Below are positions 24,290-37,539 of a DNA stretch of 64,000 nucleotides, in pieces (the stretch's first letter is position 1; each line of letters starts with the position of its first letter). The DNA comes from Harriotta raleighana (taxonomy: Eukaryota): NCBI GenBank assembly GCA_050575255.1, contig JBNZDD010013458.1:376432-440431 (forward strand). The letters are read 5' to 3'. The notes beneath the pieces were generated by a model. That model saw only the letters and a list, made by a program, of their open reading frames with translations. It made no database searches and was not told the origin of the DNA. Made by a program: the position numbers and the translations under genes.

Positions 24290-24560
24290 CACAGGTCACC
24301 ATATCGTGAGTGATGAAGACCTTCTTCATGTACGAGCCCTGGCTATTAGTGTTGGCACATTATGTTACGATGGACATGTCACAGTCCCACTCTCGCTATC
24401 AGCTAATTTTGCAGCAGGGATCAATGGATAATGATCAGGGGTGGACTGAACACCGGCTGATTTCTGTCCCAGTTCAGGGACAATGAGGTCAAAATTGCAA
24501 TGCTACCCTGGCTGAGATCAGTCTATTCAATAGACTAGGGGATTGAACCTAAGTGACTGA
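24290..24560 (-). mobile_element. AmnSINE2-like ancient SINE
   Basis: Minus strand AGGTTCAATCCC...CTGATCTCAGCCAGGG...AAATCAGCC...CCTGATCATTATCC...CCCTGCTG...ACATGAAGAA. Confidence 0.65.
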
Positions 24561-25577
24561 ATTTTACTGATGTGTGTTTCAGATTGAAGACAAGAAAACA
24601 GGAACAGCAGATCATTACTTAAGCTCTAAACATATTTTGAAACTTAAAATATTGGAATAGTAATGTACATTGTAAGTGTAGTATTTATTTAATAAACTCT
24701 GTATAATGAAGATTAAATGCATGAGGATGGGATGATGAGATAAAGGAGAAAGGCAGAACAGAAGCACTTTTAAATATATATATTTTCATTTTAAATTGTG
24801 CAAGAGACATTTATATGAGAATACCATTGATAGTTCAGTAATACACATGTGGATTCTGTATAGCTCTCTTTCATCCCAGTCAGTCAAGTGACAGACGTAG
24901 CCAATGGGGAAATCTGCCAGATCAATCTTTAAGAACATTTGGGGGATAAGTTATGGGCAGCAAAGTGATCAAAATTCAGTCAAAACAAGTTATTTTGCAT
25001 TAGTGGCAGGTAAAGTCTCAGTTTGAGTGTAAATTTCTGTCTGTGTGACTTGTTGGCTCTCTAAGTGTAAATAGAACCACATTTTTACATTGACAGTTTA
25101 TGAAGGAGCTCAAGCCGGGACCATGTCTGTTGCCGGCGATTAGTGGTCAGGCTTCCAGCCAGCTCTGATTACGTTTATTTATATTCATATTAATGTTTTA
25201 AGTGCTAAAAAAAATCCAGGAGCAAGAAATTTAAATTAACTCCCTGGCAAATTATCAAACTAGGTTTGCTGGGGCTGTACTTGCCCAAACATTTCATTTT
25301 AATCTCCACAACTAAGATTTTCAAGATAAAGTTCTGGAGAAAAGTGAAAGCTGCCTCTGCTGAAGCCATAAGAGGTATGAATATACTGTCCTTGTTTATA
25401 GTAGCTTAGAATGATATTAAACTAATACAGTTACACAATTGATAGAATAGAATTTTCTTCTGAGCATAAGTGCGCATAGAATGTGAAGAGGTAATTTGGC
25501 CCAAATTCACAACTCTTCAGACTCCTACAATCTGCTGCATCACGGACTCTAATTATCTCCATTCCATCAACTCATAT

Positions 25578-26258
25578 GGAGTCCTGTTGCACATTGGTTA
25601 GTGTGATCGACTTGCAAGTGAGAGGACCCAAGTTCGATTTCCCCGGACAAGGCGAAACCTTAGGCAAGTTTCTTTACTCCACACTCCTCCGTTACCTAGC
25701 GGTGAGTAGGAACTCGAATGGCACAGATTGCTTTCCAGGATAATAATCGCTAAAAAAAAAAATTGGAGTGGTCATTCAACCCAAAATTGTTTGTGGGATA
25801 CTGCTGTGTGCAATTGGCTGCCACAGATCACCCACAAAATACATTGTCAATCCACTTTAATAACAATAATAATTCTTGCATTTGATATAGCGCTTTTCAC
25901 ATCTTATCGACATCCCAAAGCGTTTCACAGAATACACTGTAAAGTGAATTGACTGTATATTTGTGAGTGGAACGCGGCAGCCAATTGCGCACAGCAGTGT
26001 CCACAAACAGTCATGGATTGAAATTGACCAATTTTATTATTGTGGTTTTTTTGGAGGGATTATTAGGCATGTGGAGTAAGGAAACTTGCCAAAGGTTTCA
26101 CCCTGATCTGCCTGGGTTCGAACACAGGTCTCACACTTATAAGGCGAGTGGTCTAACCACTGAGCCACAGGAGTTCCACAATATATTCTGTGAAGCAATT
26201 TTGAGAGTCTCAATAATGGGTTCAGGCCCTACATCAAATGCAAGGATTATTATTATTG
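25578..26258. mobile_element. SINE(+) interrupted by a full-length younger SINE(-) at about 25860-26178
   Basis: Plus-strand head and core stop at CCACTTTA and resume at ACAATATATTCTGTGAAG; an inverted complete copy lies between. Confidence 0.85.
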
Positions 26259-28069
26259 TTTTCTGCCGAAAGGTTTTGTAGGTCCTTTCTGCCCCTCAAA
26301 GCTAAATAAAACAAAACTGATCAAACTTCACATCCTACATTACACATCCCTGATTGGCTGTCTTCCTTGGCATGATGTTTTTGTGGTCTCAACAGTTCAG
26401 GAGACACTGTGTAAGATTCATTCATCGCCATCTATACTTAACCATCCTAATCAGATATGCAATGAACTATTTTTAATTTGAACATTATTAGCTTAGACAC
26501 TTGCATTCTATTCCACATATTCACTGCTGTGTGGAAACAAAATTCTTCTTGCCTAAAACCTTGCTTGAGGTTTGTTAATGTTGTACTTGTGTCCACTGGC
26601 TCTGGGCTCACAGTCCAAAATAAATAACCTGCTTACGTCTGCATTATCCATTTTTCTCAACATTCAAAAACCTGTGTTGTATCTGCACTGCCTTTTCATT
26701 TCTTTAATGAAAACAAATCAATTTTATAATCAAATCTGTGATGTGAATAGAATACTTAGTAAGTTACTGAATCTGGATTGTATTAGGCTCATTGGTATGA
26801 TCCACAATCGCTCATAAATATTGGCCAGGGATCTTTGCTGTCAGTTCTGTGCTTTTGTGAATAAATTCCATATTTAACACCTTGCCATCCAGTATCCTCT
26901 ATAAATTCTCATAAAAATGTAGCCTGATAATATTACTTAGTGAGCCGGTTGTCTCCACTTTGTAACTTTTATATTCTTTTTGGTGTATTGTTTCTCCTAC
27001 AGCTGATCCAATCTTATCTATAATCTAGGCCACTGTCAAGGCAAATAATAAGTCCTGTTTCTACGATTGAAATGCTCAAGCTCTTTGTATTCCACTGCTA
27101 CTGTTTTGCCATTAGCTATGGCTTGAACCAGTTTGTTTTATTTATACACAGCTCAGAAACACGTTTATTAAAGGTTAGATATTTATGGACACAATTAATG
27201 TACAAGGTATCTTTGAGCACAGGTCTCAAAAGATTGCTGGATTCAAATGAGAGGCCGTCTCAATTGGCAAATGATTCATCAATTAGTCTGAACATCTTTT
27301 GTTGATAACTTTGAAACGCATACTCACTGATCCTATCCACCAGGGGGATGCATGTCTGTCTGATCACTTCTTAAACAGAGACGGAGCCAGAAACCTTTCA
27401 ATAAAATAAGACACGTACCTGATTATTATTAACGCAACTGAAAATGTTGCTGTGCTAATGAGCATCTATTAGAAAACACTGAAGATCTTCATTTAGTACC
27501 AGTCAGTGCCAGTATTGCACTGTGAGCTCATAGCCATTGGGAACTTTACCAAACTTTATTTCATAAGGGATCCTTACACCAGACAGAGAATACATTCCTC
27601 CCATCATCTGCATTGGTTTCAATCCCAGGTACAGAGATAAAAAGGGCAGTACATTGGCCTGTTGGCCATCCAGTGCCTGTTGTTGAAATCAATATTGATC
27701 TAATAAGAACGACTGTAGAAGTCTTTGCGTGAGAGGATGAGTTTTTTTAAAAGGAATTTGTACAATGGTACAGAATGCATCACCAGCACAAACCACATGA
27801 TCACAATGATTTAATCATGTTTTTCTGAATCAAATTATATTTTGACAATACAAGCAGGAACCTGCTACTAGTCAGGGTACAACTTCCCTTTTACAAATTC
27901 CTTCAGATTTCCCTGAGGAGACTGGAGTTTTTCTGGCTAGTTTTCCATTTACATCTTCTTTTGTTTCTGAGTCAGGAAATGAATATTAAATCATATACAT
28001 TTGCATGGATTTGGAATCAGTTATTCCTCGCAAAAAAAGTTTTAACACGTTTTAAACACTATGTTATCT

Positions 28070-28180
28070 CATGCATGAAATTGGCTGCCACATTTCGCAC
28101 AAAGTGTATTCTGTGAAGTGCTTTGAGACGCCTTGAAGACATGATGAGGCACTATATCAAATACAAGGATTGTTATTATC
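28070..28180 (+). mobile_element. SINE 3' fragment (another at about 28575-28688)
   Basis: TTGGCTGCC...TTCTGTGAAGTGCTTTGAGAC...AAGGATT tail. Confidence 0.7.
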
Positions 28181-30319
28181 ACTGACTGTTTTGCAATCTT
28201 AATTTGTTGTTGTTCAGTGATTTTTTTCCCTTGCTAGTGTTTTGAGCTCTGCTGGCTTCCTAAAACCAAGTGAAACTGCGAATCCAGTGGTATTTTCATA
28301 GCCTCAGACTTGTAATTTCATAGAACTACCAGATGAGGGTGTAAAAACCTGCCTGTTAGAGAATATGGGGCAGATACTGATTTCTGACCAGTCCACTTTA
28401 GAGCTCTCAGCCAGGGTCCTGTAAAAACACATGCATGCCGGTGTTTTCCAAAAACCTGTACCATAATTCTAAGTAGGAAATCAGTAGCTGAGATTTATTA
28501 CTCATGTAATAATTTACAGCCACATTCAAACCTAAATCAACTTTTTTTCCCCTTGTTATTATGTACATTGTTTCACCAACAAAACATACAATCAATTCAC
28601 TTTACAGTATATTCTGTGAAATGCTTTGAGATGTCTAGAAGACATGATGAGCGCTTCATTAAATGCAAGGATTAATATATATTATTACAAGCCTTCTCCA
28701 GAATTTATTGGCTCTGATTAAAGAGATTTTATAGAATAACGGTCTCCTACACCTACATGATGATGGGTACAACAGAAAGTTTGTGTTATGCATTACCAGT
28801 CATCAGTCGCCAATTCCATTGTTCTAATAGTCCAACTGGGTTCTTCGGCATAGAAGTTGTTAAATAGCCTGAATTCTTTCTTAGCCATGTTAATAACATA
28901 TAAGGTTATGAATATTGCATACAGTTTTATTGGAAACTGTCCTTTAATCCAAATCTTCCTGGTTTCTTACCATCTTATCATGTTCTCTCTTGAATTTATT
29001 TACTGTTCGCTCTTCAGTGATAATTCCTGGCAATTTATTAAATTCATATAATCACACCTTATGTAAAATTGTTCTCCCTTAGTTCCTAATCTATTCCTAA
29101 TTTTTATTCCATTGAATTATCGCCTACATTTTCCCATTGTATTTAATTGTCTGTTGTTGTTGTTGTTGGATCACCTCTGTCAATCCATTTTATTCATTTG
29201 GAAATTGCAATGGAAAGAAACCTAAATTATTTCCTAATATCCTTGATATGTGTGTCTTGGTTTCATCTTAATTGTTTTACTGCACTTTCCTAAGGTTTTA
29301 ATCCTTTGTGAAGGACACGGGCATATAATGCTCTAAATAAGTCTAACCAGTACTATGGATCATGGCAATGAGAGCTGATTATGAAACCCAGTTCTGTGTT
29401 TAATGACAGAATAAGGGATAAAATTCCTATTCACATTGTGCTCTGAAACAGAATGTATGTAGAAAACATGAACGATCACTGAATAAAACATGGGATAACT
29501 AATGCTGAGATTATGTTATAATTCTCAACAGAATATTTTACAGCAAATATTTACAGGACATCAGTCATCACAGCAATCAGATAGAAATCAGTCACTACAG
29601 GAATGTAGATATATGTGCCAGATCAATCACTAAAGCAATTATCTACGGTGCATCAGTCATTAATGCAACCATACCCTGGACCTCAGCCATTGTAGAATTC
29701 TGGATAGAGAGAATGGTACTAATCTCAGATATCAGTTTTTACTATAAATAGCTAAGAACATCAGTGAGTGTATGAGTATGGCTAGGACTAGGGGGCACAG
29801 AATATTGGTCATTGCATTAGTTGGCTGTTGGAAAGCCATCCTCACATCAATCAGAATCAGACAATACGGCAAATTATTGAGTTTAGATCCCTAATGTTTT
29901 TAAAGTGGTTAGTGAGGGTATTCAGTGCTTACTTACAAAGGTTATGTTTGAATTATCTTGGTTAAATAGATGGTTCAAACCAGGGACAAAATTCTGGGAG
30001 CATGGGTGTGAGCACTTATGCTGGGTATGAGTTGTGATCATACCTAGAATGGTCAAAACTCAAAACATAATTGACATGAGGAACTGTCATTTTTTTTAGA
30101 TTGGATCAATCACATTTGAGTTGCAATTGAACAAGATGGAATAGGATGGTAAGTTTGTAAACTGTAATGTTGGATTCATATTTTGTGTTTGAATACTCGC
30201 AAAAGAGTTAGTGATTTGTTTATTTATTCAGAGGATTAGCGGTGGTGGGGCATCTTCTTTGGAACATTGAGTAAATTGTGAAAAGATTGTGATGGGCGCT
30301 AAAGAGAGATGAATGATAA

Positions 30320-30590
30320 AAATAATAATCCTTGAATTTGATATAGCACTTTTCACGTCTTCTAGACGTCTCAAAACACTTCACAGAATATACTGCAAAG
30401 TGAACTGACTATATATTTGTGGGCAAAACGTGGCAGCCATGGCAGCAGTGTCCCACAAAATCATGGATTGAAATTACCAATTTTATTATTGTGGTGTTTT
30501 TGGAGGGATTATTATTAGGCATGCGGAGTAAGGAAACTTACCCAAGGTTTCGCCCTGATATGTCTGGATTCGAACACAGGTCTCATGCTG
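30320..30590 (-). mobile_element. tRNA-derived SINE, lacking its extreme 5' end
   Basis: Reverse complement of the 51539 family from tail to B box. Confidence 0.85.
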
Positions 30591-31659
30591 AGCTGAATGG
30601 TCTTTTTTCTTCTCGTCCATCAATATATTGCACAGAGAATCTGAATCCTAAATAAAATAAATCATTTACATGTAGTGATCCCAGAGTTTTACACACTGAA
30701 CACTATAATTAGCTGCATGCTAACTCCAAGTTACAGTAATTTCTCGCTCATTCACAGTGTTCAGGCACAGGTGTCATGCAGGATTTGAACATCTTTCCAG
30801 GGCATGGACAGGAGCTCATGCACATACATACACGTGCACAACACATACAGAATCAAACAGCAATTAGTACTCCGTCTTATCTGATGTACTTCTGCAAATC
30901 ATGTGATATATTGGAATTTCGCAGTATAACGCAGAAGTCAGATTCTAACCAGACATAAACATCAGTCTCATTAAATCCCCAATCAGTCATTAAATCCCAA
31001 ATCAGTCCTGTTTAGATACACAGTATAGATTATATTCATGACATTATAGTATATTTAACTTAAATCTGAGAAATTCTTGAGTGTGTCTGACTTTTGAAGA
31101 TACTGGGAAATTGTGTCCTCAAATATTTCTTAGCTGGTTCTGCTTTGCTTATAATTTTGTCAGTTTTCTAATTTATTACTTTTATAAAATGAAATGGAAT
31201 ATTTCATTGGAAATGATTCCATTGGCGAATTACATTGCTGTTATTGTATTCAGTGAATTAGTGCCCCAGCTCTGGCGCCAGAGTGTTTACCTAACGGCAT
31301 AGCTCGGATAGCAGTCCAGGAGAACCCAACACTGCACTCGTCTGAAGGAAAAATAAATTATTCACGCATTAGAAAATCAGCAGATTTCATTAACCCCTCT
31401 AATGGTGATGACCCTCAATGTGAACAATGTCTGCAACTACCGTGTTGGCAAATACAGTATTTTATGGAGCGGTGAGGTTCTTGGGGAATTGTTGGTAAGA
31501 GTCAAGAACACTTAGAGATGTGGAATTGGAAAAACAATGCAACTCAGTTCTTGAAAGGTTAGATATTTGTTTTCAGGAAAACCCTCCAGTTTCTCCAGAG
31601 TCTCCAGTTTCTCTTTCTGTGAAAGACGGCTCATGAGAGACGTCTCTACCCATTTCCTC

Positions 31660-31790
31660 TTCAGAGTTCTGTCTACGGTCTATTCTGAGTTTAGCTAATT
31701 TCAGCCAGGGCAGCAGTTGGAAATCTATAATTAGTTGAGAGAAAATCAGCCAAGGTATGTATTCAGCCACTTGCTGCCCAAGAGGGAGCA
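31660..31790 (+). mobile_element. AmnSINE2-like fragment
   Basis: GGTCTATTCTGAGTTTAGCTAATTTCAGCCAGGGCAGCAGTTGG...CTATAATT...GAAAATCAGCCAAGG. Confidence 0.6.
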
Positions 31791-32974
31791 TTGGTGGATA
31801 CTTGCAAATCAGCCTATTTTTGGAAACAATTCCATGATTCCATGAATTTAAAATTCCCACATAATTTTGCTGATCTACAGGCAGCAGAACAAGGCACTCC
31901 CAAATATGCATTGTATGATGATTTTCTTTCTCCTTTTTTCCCCTTTGATCATTTTGGAAGTTAGCAATGCACAAGCCCAACACATGGAATAGATATAAAG
32001 AGGTCATTGCTTTACTATATATAACACTGTTCCATAAAATGTACTCAAATCAGTTATTGCCAGAAAATCCTGCAATAGTTGCCAAAAGATGCTGAATGCT
32101 TGGATCCCATCTGGGGTTTGAAGTCTGACATAACTACAATTGTGTTGTACTGTATATAGTGGTTAGTACTGTTAATAGTGCCAAGTTCTCTTTTCTGCAA
32201 TTTCCCTGTAACATTGTGACTCATTTCTGTAATTTTCCCTGTCCTTAATTTTCACGTTTCCCTTTGAATCCCCCTCTCCCCTCCCTCTCAATAAAAATCA
32301 AAGCTGTTCATTGCTTTACTATTGTCCTTCCCACTAACCAATGACAGAATCCACAGACAGAAACTGTGGAGACTTTGACTCATTGCTTCCCTCCGTCCCC
32401 CATTCCTGGAGGAGGATTCATAGCAAACAGAAAAGAAAATGCAATAAATAGGAGAAAACCAGGAAAAACAGGGAAAATACCTTTACCTACTGTATTATCA
32501 GAGGCAGTTCGACCTCAACCACATCCTCAATCAGAATTGACTCATACTTTTCCCTGATCTACTTAGCTTTAGAATAAGCCCTAGTATTCAAACTGAACAC
32601 TTTGTCTTGTTAATTCTGTAATGCACCAGAAATTAATTTTATGCAGACTGTGGTTTTTCTGATCAATGGAAATTGCTATCTTCTCAGTGTGTGGCACTAA
32701 TTACATTTTCCATGTCATGAAAGGAGCAGTAGTGGCCAGAGTAAGTTGATCCCCACTATTTCAAAATTCATATTATAGTAGTAAATAATTTGACATGCCA
32801 ACACTTAGGACCTTCAGAGGCCTCAATAAATGTAACTTCGTGAGGTATTGTATTTATTAACATCAATCCAACTAAAGAGATGTGATAGCATATATCTTCT
32901 ATTAAACTAAACATAGTGTTGGGACAGCAAACCTCTCTTTAATTTTTCCAAAGTTCAGTACCTCAGACTACGAC

Positions 32975-33487
32975 ACTGCCTCACCCCTCACGCTGCTGAA
33001 ATACTAGTTCACGCCTTCATCACCTCAAGGCTGGACTATGGGAACTCTCTCCTCGTGGGGCTTCCCGGCTCCTCCATCCACAAGCTGCAGGTCATCCAGA
33101 ACTCTGCAGCTCGTGTTCTCTCCCGCACCAGGCTTCGAGACCACATCACTCCCACCCTCGCCCGTCTCCACTGGCTCCCCATCCCCCAGAGGATCGACTT
33201 CAAGATCCTCATCCTCACCTACAAGGCCATTCACGGCCTTGCTCCCTCCTACCTCTCCGACCTAATATCCCCCTATCTACCTGCCCGTACCCTCCGTTCC
33301 TCTGGCTCTGGTCTGCTCCACATCCCCTGCCNNNNNNNNNNNNNNNNNNNNNNNNTCCCACCCTCCCCCTCCCCCCTCGCCCTGAACATTTCCCCCTGCT
33401 CGGGTCTTAAATCATCTGTCCAGCGCCTTGGGACGTCCTCCTGACGTGAAACGCGCTCTATAAATGTAATTTTGTTGTTGTTGTTGT
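32975..33487 (+). mobile_element. L2 LINE 3' fragment (24-N gap at 33332-33355)
   Basis: [13 protein letters not shown]...[24 protein letters not shown]; (TTG)n tail. Confidence 0.92.
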
Positions 33488-34705
33488 TTTACTGAGACAC
33501 TGCGACCACTTTCAATATGGCAAGAATTATTGAGAGCTTTATATTATTTGAATGAAATACAATTGTGATTGTGGCTACTCTACAGTACGTATGCCACCTT
33601 CAACCAAGATTTTAGCTCAGCTCGTTCTGTCCTTTCATCTGGCCTTGAAGTGATGTCTCAGGTTCTCAGTTTCATTGATTACTTGAAATGGTACTTAGGT
33701 ATGCTGCATTCATAGTTTGCTAATTATAAGCTAACTGCTGTTTAACACTATTTTAGTGTTCAATGTTCAGTGTTAAGTTCAATAAGATATCATTGAGGCA
33801 TTGTAAGAGGCAGCAAAGGATCATAGCAATTGTACTACAAAAATAAACAAAGTCTTGAACCTTTCGAGCCTCCAACTGCTCATTATATTTACATACTTAC
33901 TGTCTGTTTGAACACTTTCAGGATTTTTGGGAAAATTGGGTTTGATTCTTTCAAAAATAAAATCCACAACCCTTTGACTCAGCAGACAACATACTATCAA
34001 TATTGTCACATCAATGTTCTATTAATCTAGTCTTTGGATAGTTAAAATTCCAATGTATAATTACCAAAAGAACTCAAGCTGTCTAACTAGCATAGTATTG
34101 AAAATAAGCTTCTCTTTGTCAGAAATGGTCAAGTTTAACTATTATTTGCTAATCAATGATCACCCGAGCAGGCAAGGACTATAAGAAACCTGCTCCGTAC
34201 TATCCAACTTATCCAGGTTTATCTCTGTTGCCAGGGAACCAATTATATACAATTAACACTACATGCCCGGATCTGATGTCTACAGGATCATTCTTAGGGT
34301 TTAACAGCAATAACAAAATATAGAAGGTCTGGGAGGGTGCAAGGCAGAAGGGTTTGGGAAGATTGTGGTGGCAAAGCAGCTGAAGGCTTGGTTACTGATG
34401 GTAGGATGGAAAGATGAATGCAAGATAGATCAGTTTTGATAAATATGAGCTCTAAAAATTCCTTTTAGGCACATCAAATGCAACTGTAGACAATATGCTC
34501 ATCAACCTCATCAGCAAATGAACCATCACTTCACTGCATTTCTTTATGTCAGATGGAGATCAGGTCATCGCTTGATCTCATCTGCATCTGGCATAAAAAA
34601 CTCTTGGTTTTGCTGATTCTACCATGCAACATTTGTCAATTTCAAACGTTTGATTTCATCTTCAAAGCTATTCTTGGGAAAATCCTCTTATACCTTGAAG
34701 TTTGT

Positions 34706-35430
34706 GGAGTCCTGTAGCTCAGTGGTTAGAGCACTCACCTCGCAAGCAAGATACTTGGGTTTGTTCCCTGCAGGGCAAAATATGAACATAAGAATTAGGA
34801 GCAGGAGCAGGCCATTCGGCCTTTCGAGCCTGCCCCGTCATTCAATAAGATCATGGCTGATCTTCTGACCTAACTCTAATTACCTGCCCTATCCCCATAT
34901 CCCTTAATCCCTCTATTTAAAAAAAAATCTATCAGTCTCAGCCTTGAAAATGTTCACGGACTGAGCATCTACAGCCTTCTGGGATAGTGAATTCCATAAA
35001 TTCACTACCCTCTGAGTGAAGAAATGATTCCTCAATTCTGTTCTAAAAGGCTGACCTTAATTTTAAGACTGTAACCCCTGGTTATAGATTCTTCTACCAG
35101 GGGAAACAGTCCCTCAGTGTCTACTTTATCTAGCCCTTTAAGAATCTTATATGTTTCAATAAGCTCCCCCTTAATTTTCTAGAAATGTTGGGCAAGTTTC
35201 CTTACTCCACACGCCTTTGCTTACCTAGCAGTAAGTATGCATCCGTTTGTTAGTTGATTTGCGGATCACATTTCCATTTCCTTCAAAACACTAATTATAA
35301 TAATTTGGTCATTCAATCCACCACTGTTTGTGGGACGCTGCTGCATGCAATTGGCTGCCGTGTTTTACCCACAAAATATGCAATCAATTCACTTTCCGAT
35401 ATATTCTGTGAAGTACGTTGAGACGGCTCA
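34706..35430 (+). mobile_element. Older SINE split by a CR1 3' fragment on the - strand (about 34780-35185)
   Basis: Head GGAGTCCTGTAGCTCAGTGG...CAGGGCAAAA resumes at TTGGGCAAGTTTCCTTACTCC; insert starts ATGAACATAAGAATTAGGAGCAGGAGCAGGCCATTCGGCC. Confidence 0.8.
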
Positions 35431-35451
35431 AAGATATGATGGAGTGCTATT

Positions 35452-35785
35452 AGGAATCATGTGGCTCAGTGGTTGGAGCACTAGCCTGACAACCATGAGA
35501 CCTGTGTTCGAATCTAAGCAGGTCAGGGTGAAATCTTGGGCAAGTTTCCATACTCCACATGCCTAATAATAATCCCTCAAAAAAAAATGGGCAATTTCAA
35601 TCCACGACTGTTTGTGGGACACTGCTGTGCACAATTGGCTGCTGCATTTTGCCCATAAATATACAGTCAATTCACTTTACAGTATATTCTGTGAAGCACT
35701 TTGAAATGTCTAGAAGACCTGAAAAGTGCTATATCAAATGCAAGGATTATTACAAAATATCAAATGCAAGGATTAATATTATTAT
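35452..35785 (+). mobile_element. tRNA-derived SINE, full length
   Basis: A box TGGCTCAGTGG, B box GTTCGAATC, Deu core, partly duplicated tail. Confidence 0.9.
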
Positions 35786-37539
35786 GCATCAATATCTGTG
35801 TCAGAGTTTATTTGCTGGAAGTGATACAGACCAATGAGTTGTGTGAGGTGAATGGCACCTTTCAGACAGGTTTATGATAGAAAATGTGTCTGGCAGAGTC
35901 CTGGCATCAGACTATGGTCAGTGCAACCACTTGACATACCATTTGCATTGGTGATGTGACCTTTCTGGACCTAGAATATGTTACATCTGATGGAAGAAAT
36001 GTGTCTGCCTTACAAACTCTACTGACTGATTGGAGGAGGCTGCTGATAAAATCAGCTTGCATTTTAGTGTTGAAAGGACGACAGAATGTTTTTTTTCCCC
36101 AAGTGAACCAAGGTCTCTCTGACCCTGAACCACCATCGCACATTACAGTAGCACATTCTAATATTCAATGGGTAAATGAATTTAAATACTGCACGTAGCT
36201 TTCCAGAATCATCAAGGTCAAAATCATGAGACATCTATTCATCTGCTTTTCTTATAATTGCCTTTGGCTGCAGCTGATTGTTATGGCAACACATATGCAA
36301 CAAAAAAAGTTAGTGATACGTTTGATAAATATTGTATGAAATCAACTCATAAAGCAAGTTGAGGACACTTAGGACAGAATATCATTATTGCATTAACTTT
36401 GTCTCCAGCTTGGCTCCTGAAAATTGGATACAGGAGTTTGGATGAGTTCCTAGTTTCACAATCCTAAATCTGACAATTTGCCAGATCCAGAGTTTCCATA
36501 GAAATAACAATTGGTCACTGAGGTCTTAAACACAAATGATTCAGTAATAAGAAATATTTCAAGTTTTGGCACTTAATTAACAGAGAATTATAACATTTAA
36601 ATTCAGTACTATAATGTCAGAGCCACGGTAAAATGCCCATAAGTATCTGAGGAGCCTAAGGGTACTAAGAGCATAGTTGGTAGGTAGCCTAGAGTCTGGA
36701 AACATTACAGAAATGACATTCTGTTTCAAAAATGATCACTGAAACAGATGGGCTATTGTTTTGGAATAATAAAATATAATGTTAATGGAAACTATACTTC
36801 ATCACTAAAGCACACAATAGGTAAAGTTGTTTACTGTTATTTTTACAACTATAACATATATTGCAAACAGCAGAAGGTATTTCATTTTATATCAGCGGAT
36901 GTAAACAAAGAGATGGCATGGATGGCAGGTGATTGTTTGCATTCAAGATTAATTCCAATGTGATATACCATTGAGGGGGAGGTCCCAAGCAGAACCTAAA
37001 ATATTCCCTTCCATCCATTGGGAGGAAATGAAAATTAGAAGAAGTGAAACTTTAGACAGAGAAAGAAAATATAACAAATTAATAATAAAGAGGAGAACAC
37101 AATATACATTGTGGTTGCACACTAAATCAGGAAAAGGGTTCAGAAGAAAATCAAGTTGTACTTGTTGGAGATAGTTAAATAGTTGTTCACCTATCGACAA
37201 GAGATGTACCAGATAAGCAACCATACATTAAGATGTGGCATTGCAGTAACGTTGCCCAAGAGTCATCACAGTAGAGTACCACGTCTTTTTAATTTGAAGT
37301 TGTCAACATAGACAGAATTCTGGTTCACTTTACATATGGGACCCAAAACTGCTAGACAAATTTCACCTCTTTATGTATTTTTCTCACATCTCAATGTGGG
37401 TACAAAGGATTGGGAATTAATGACCACACTAGCTACCATATCCAAACATGATTTAACGAAACACAGTGAGGTATTTCCAAAGATCTTGGAGGGATTGTAA
37501 ATGAGTCTTTTCCATCGGAACAATAAAGGCTAAGTGGGA

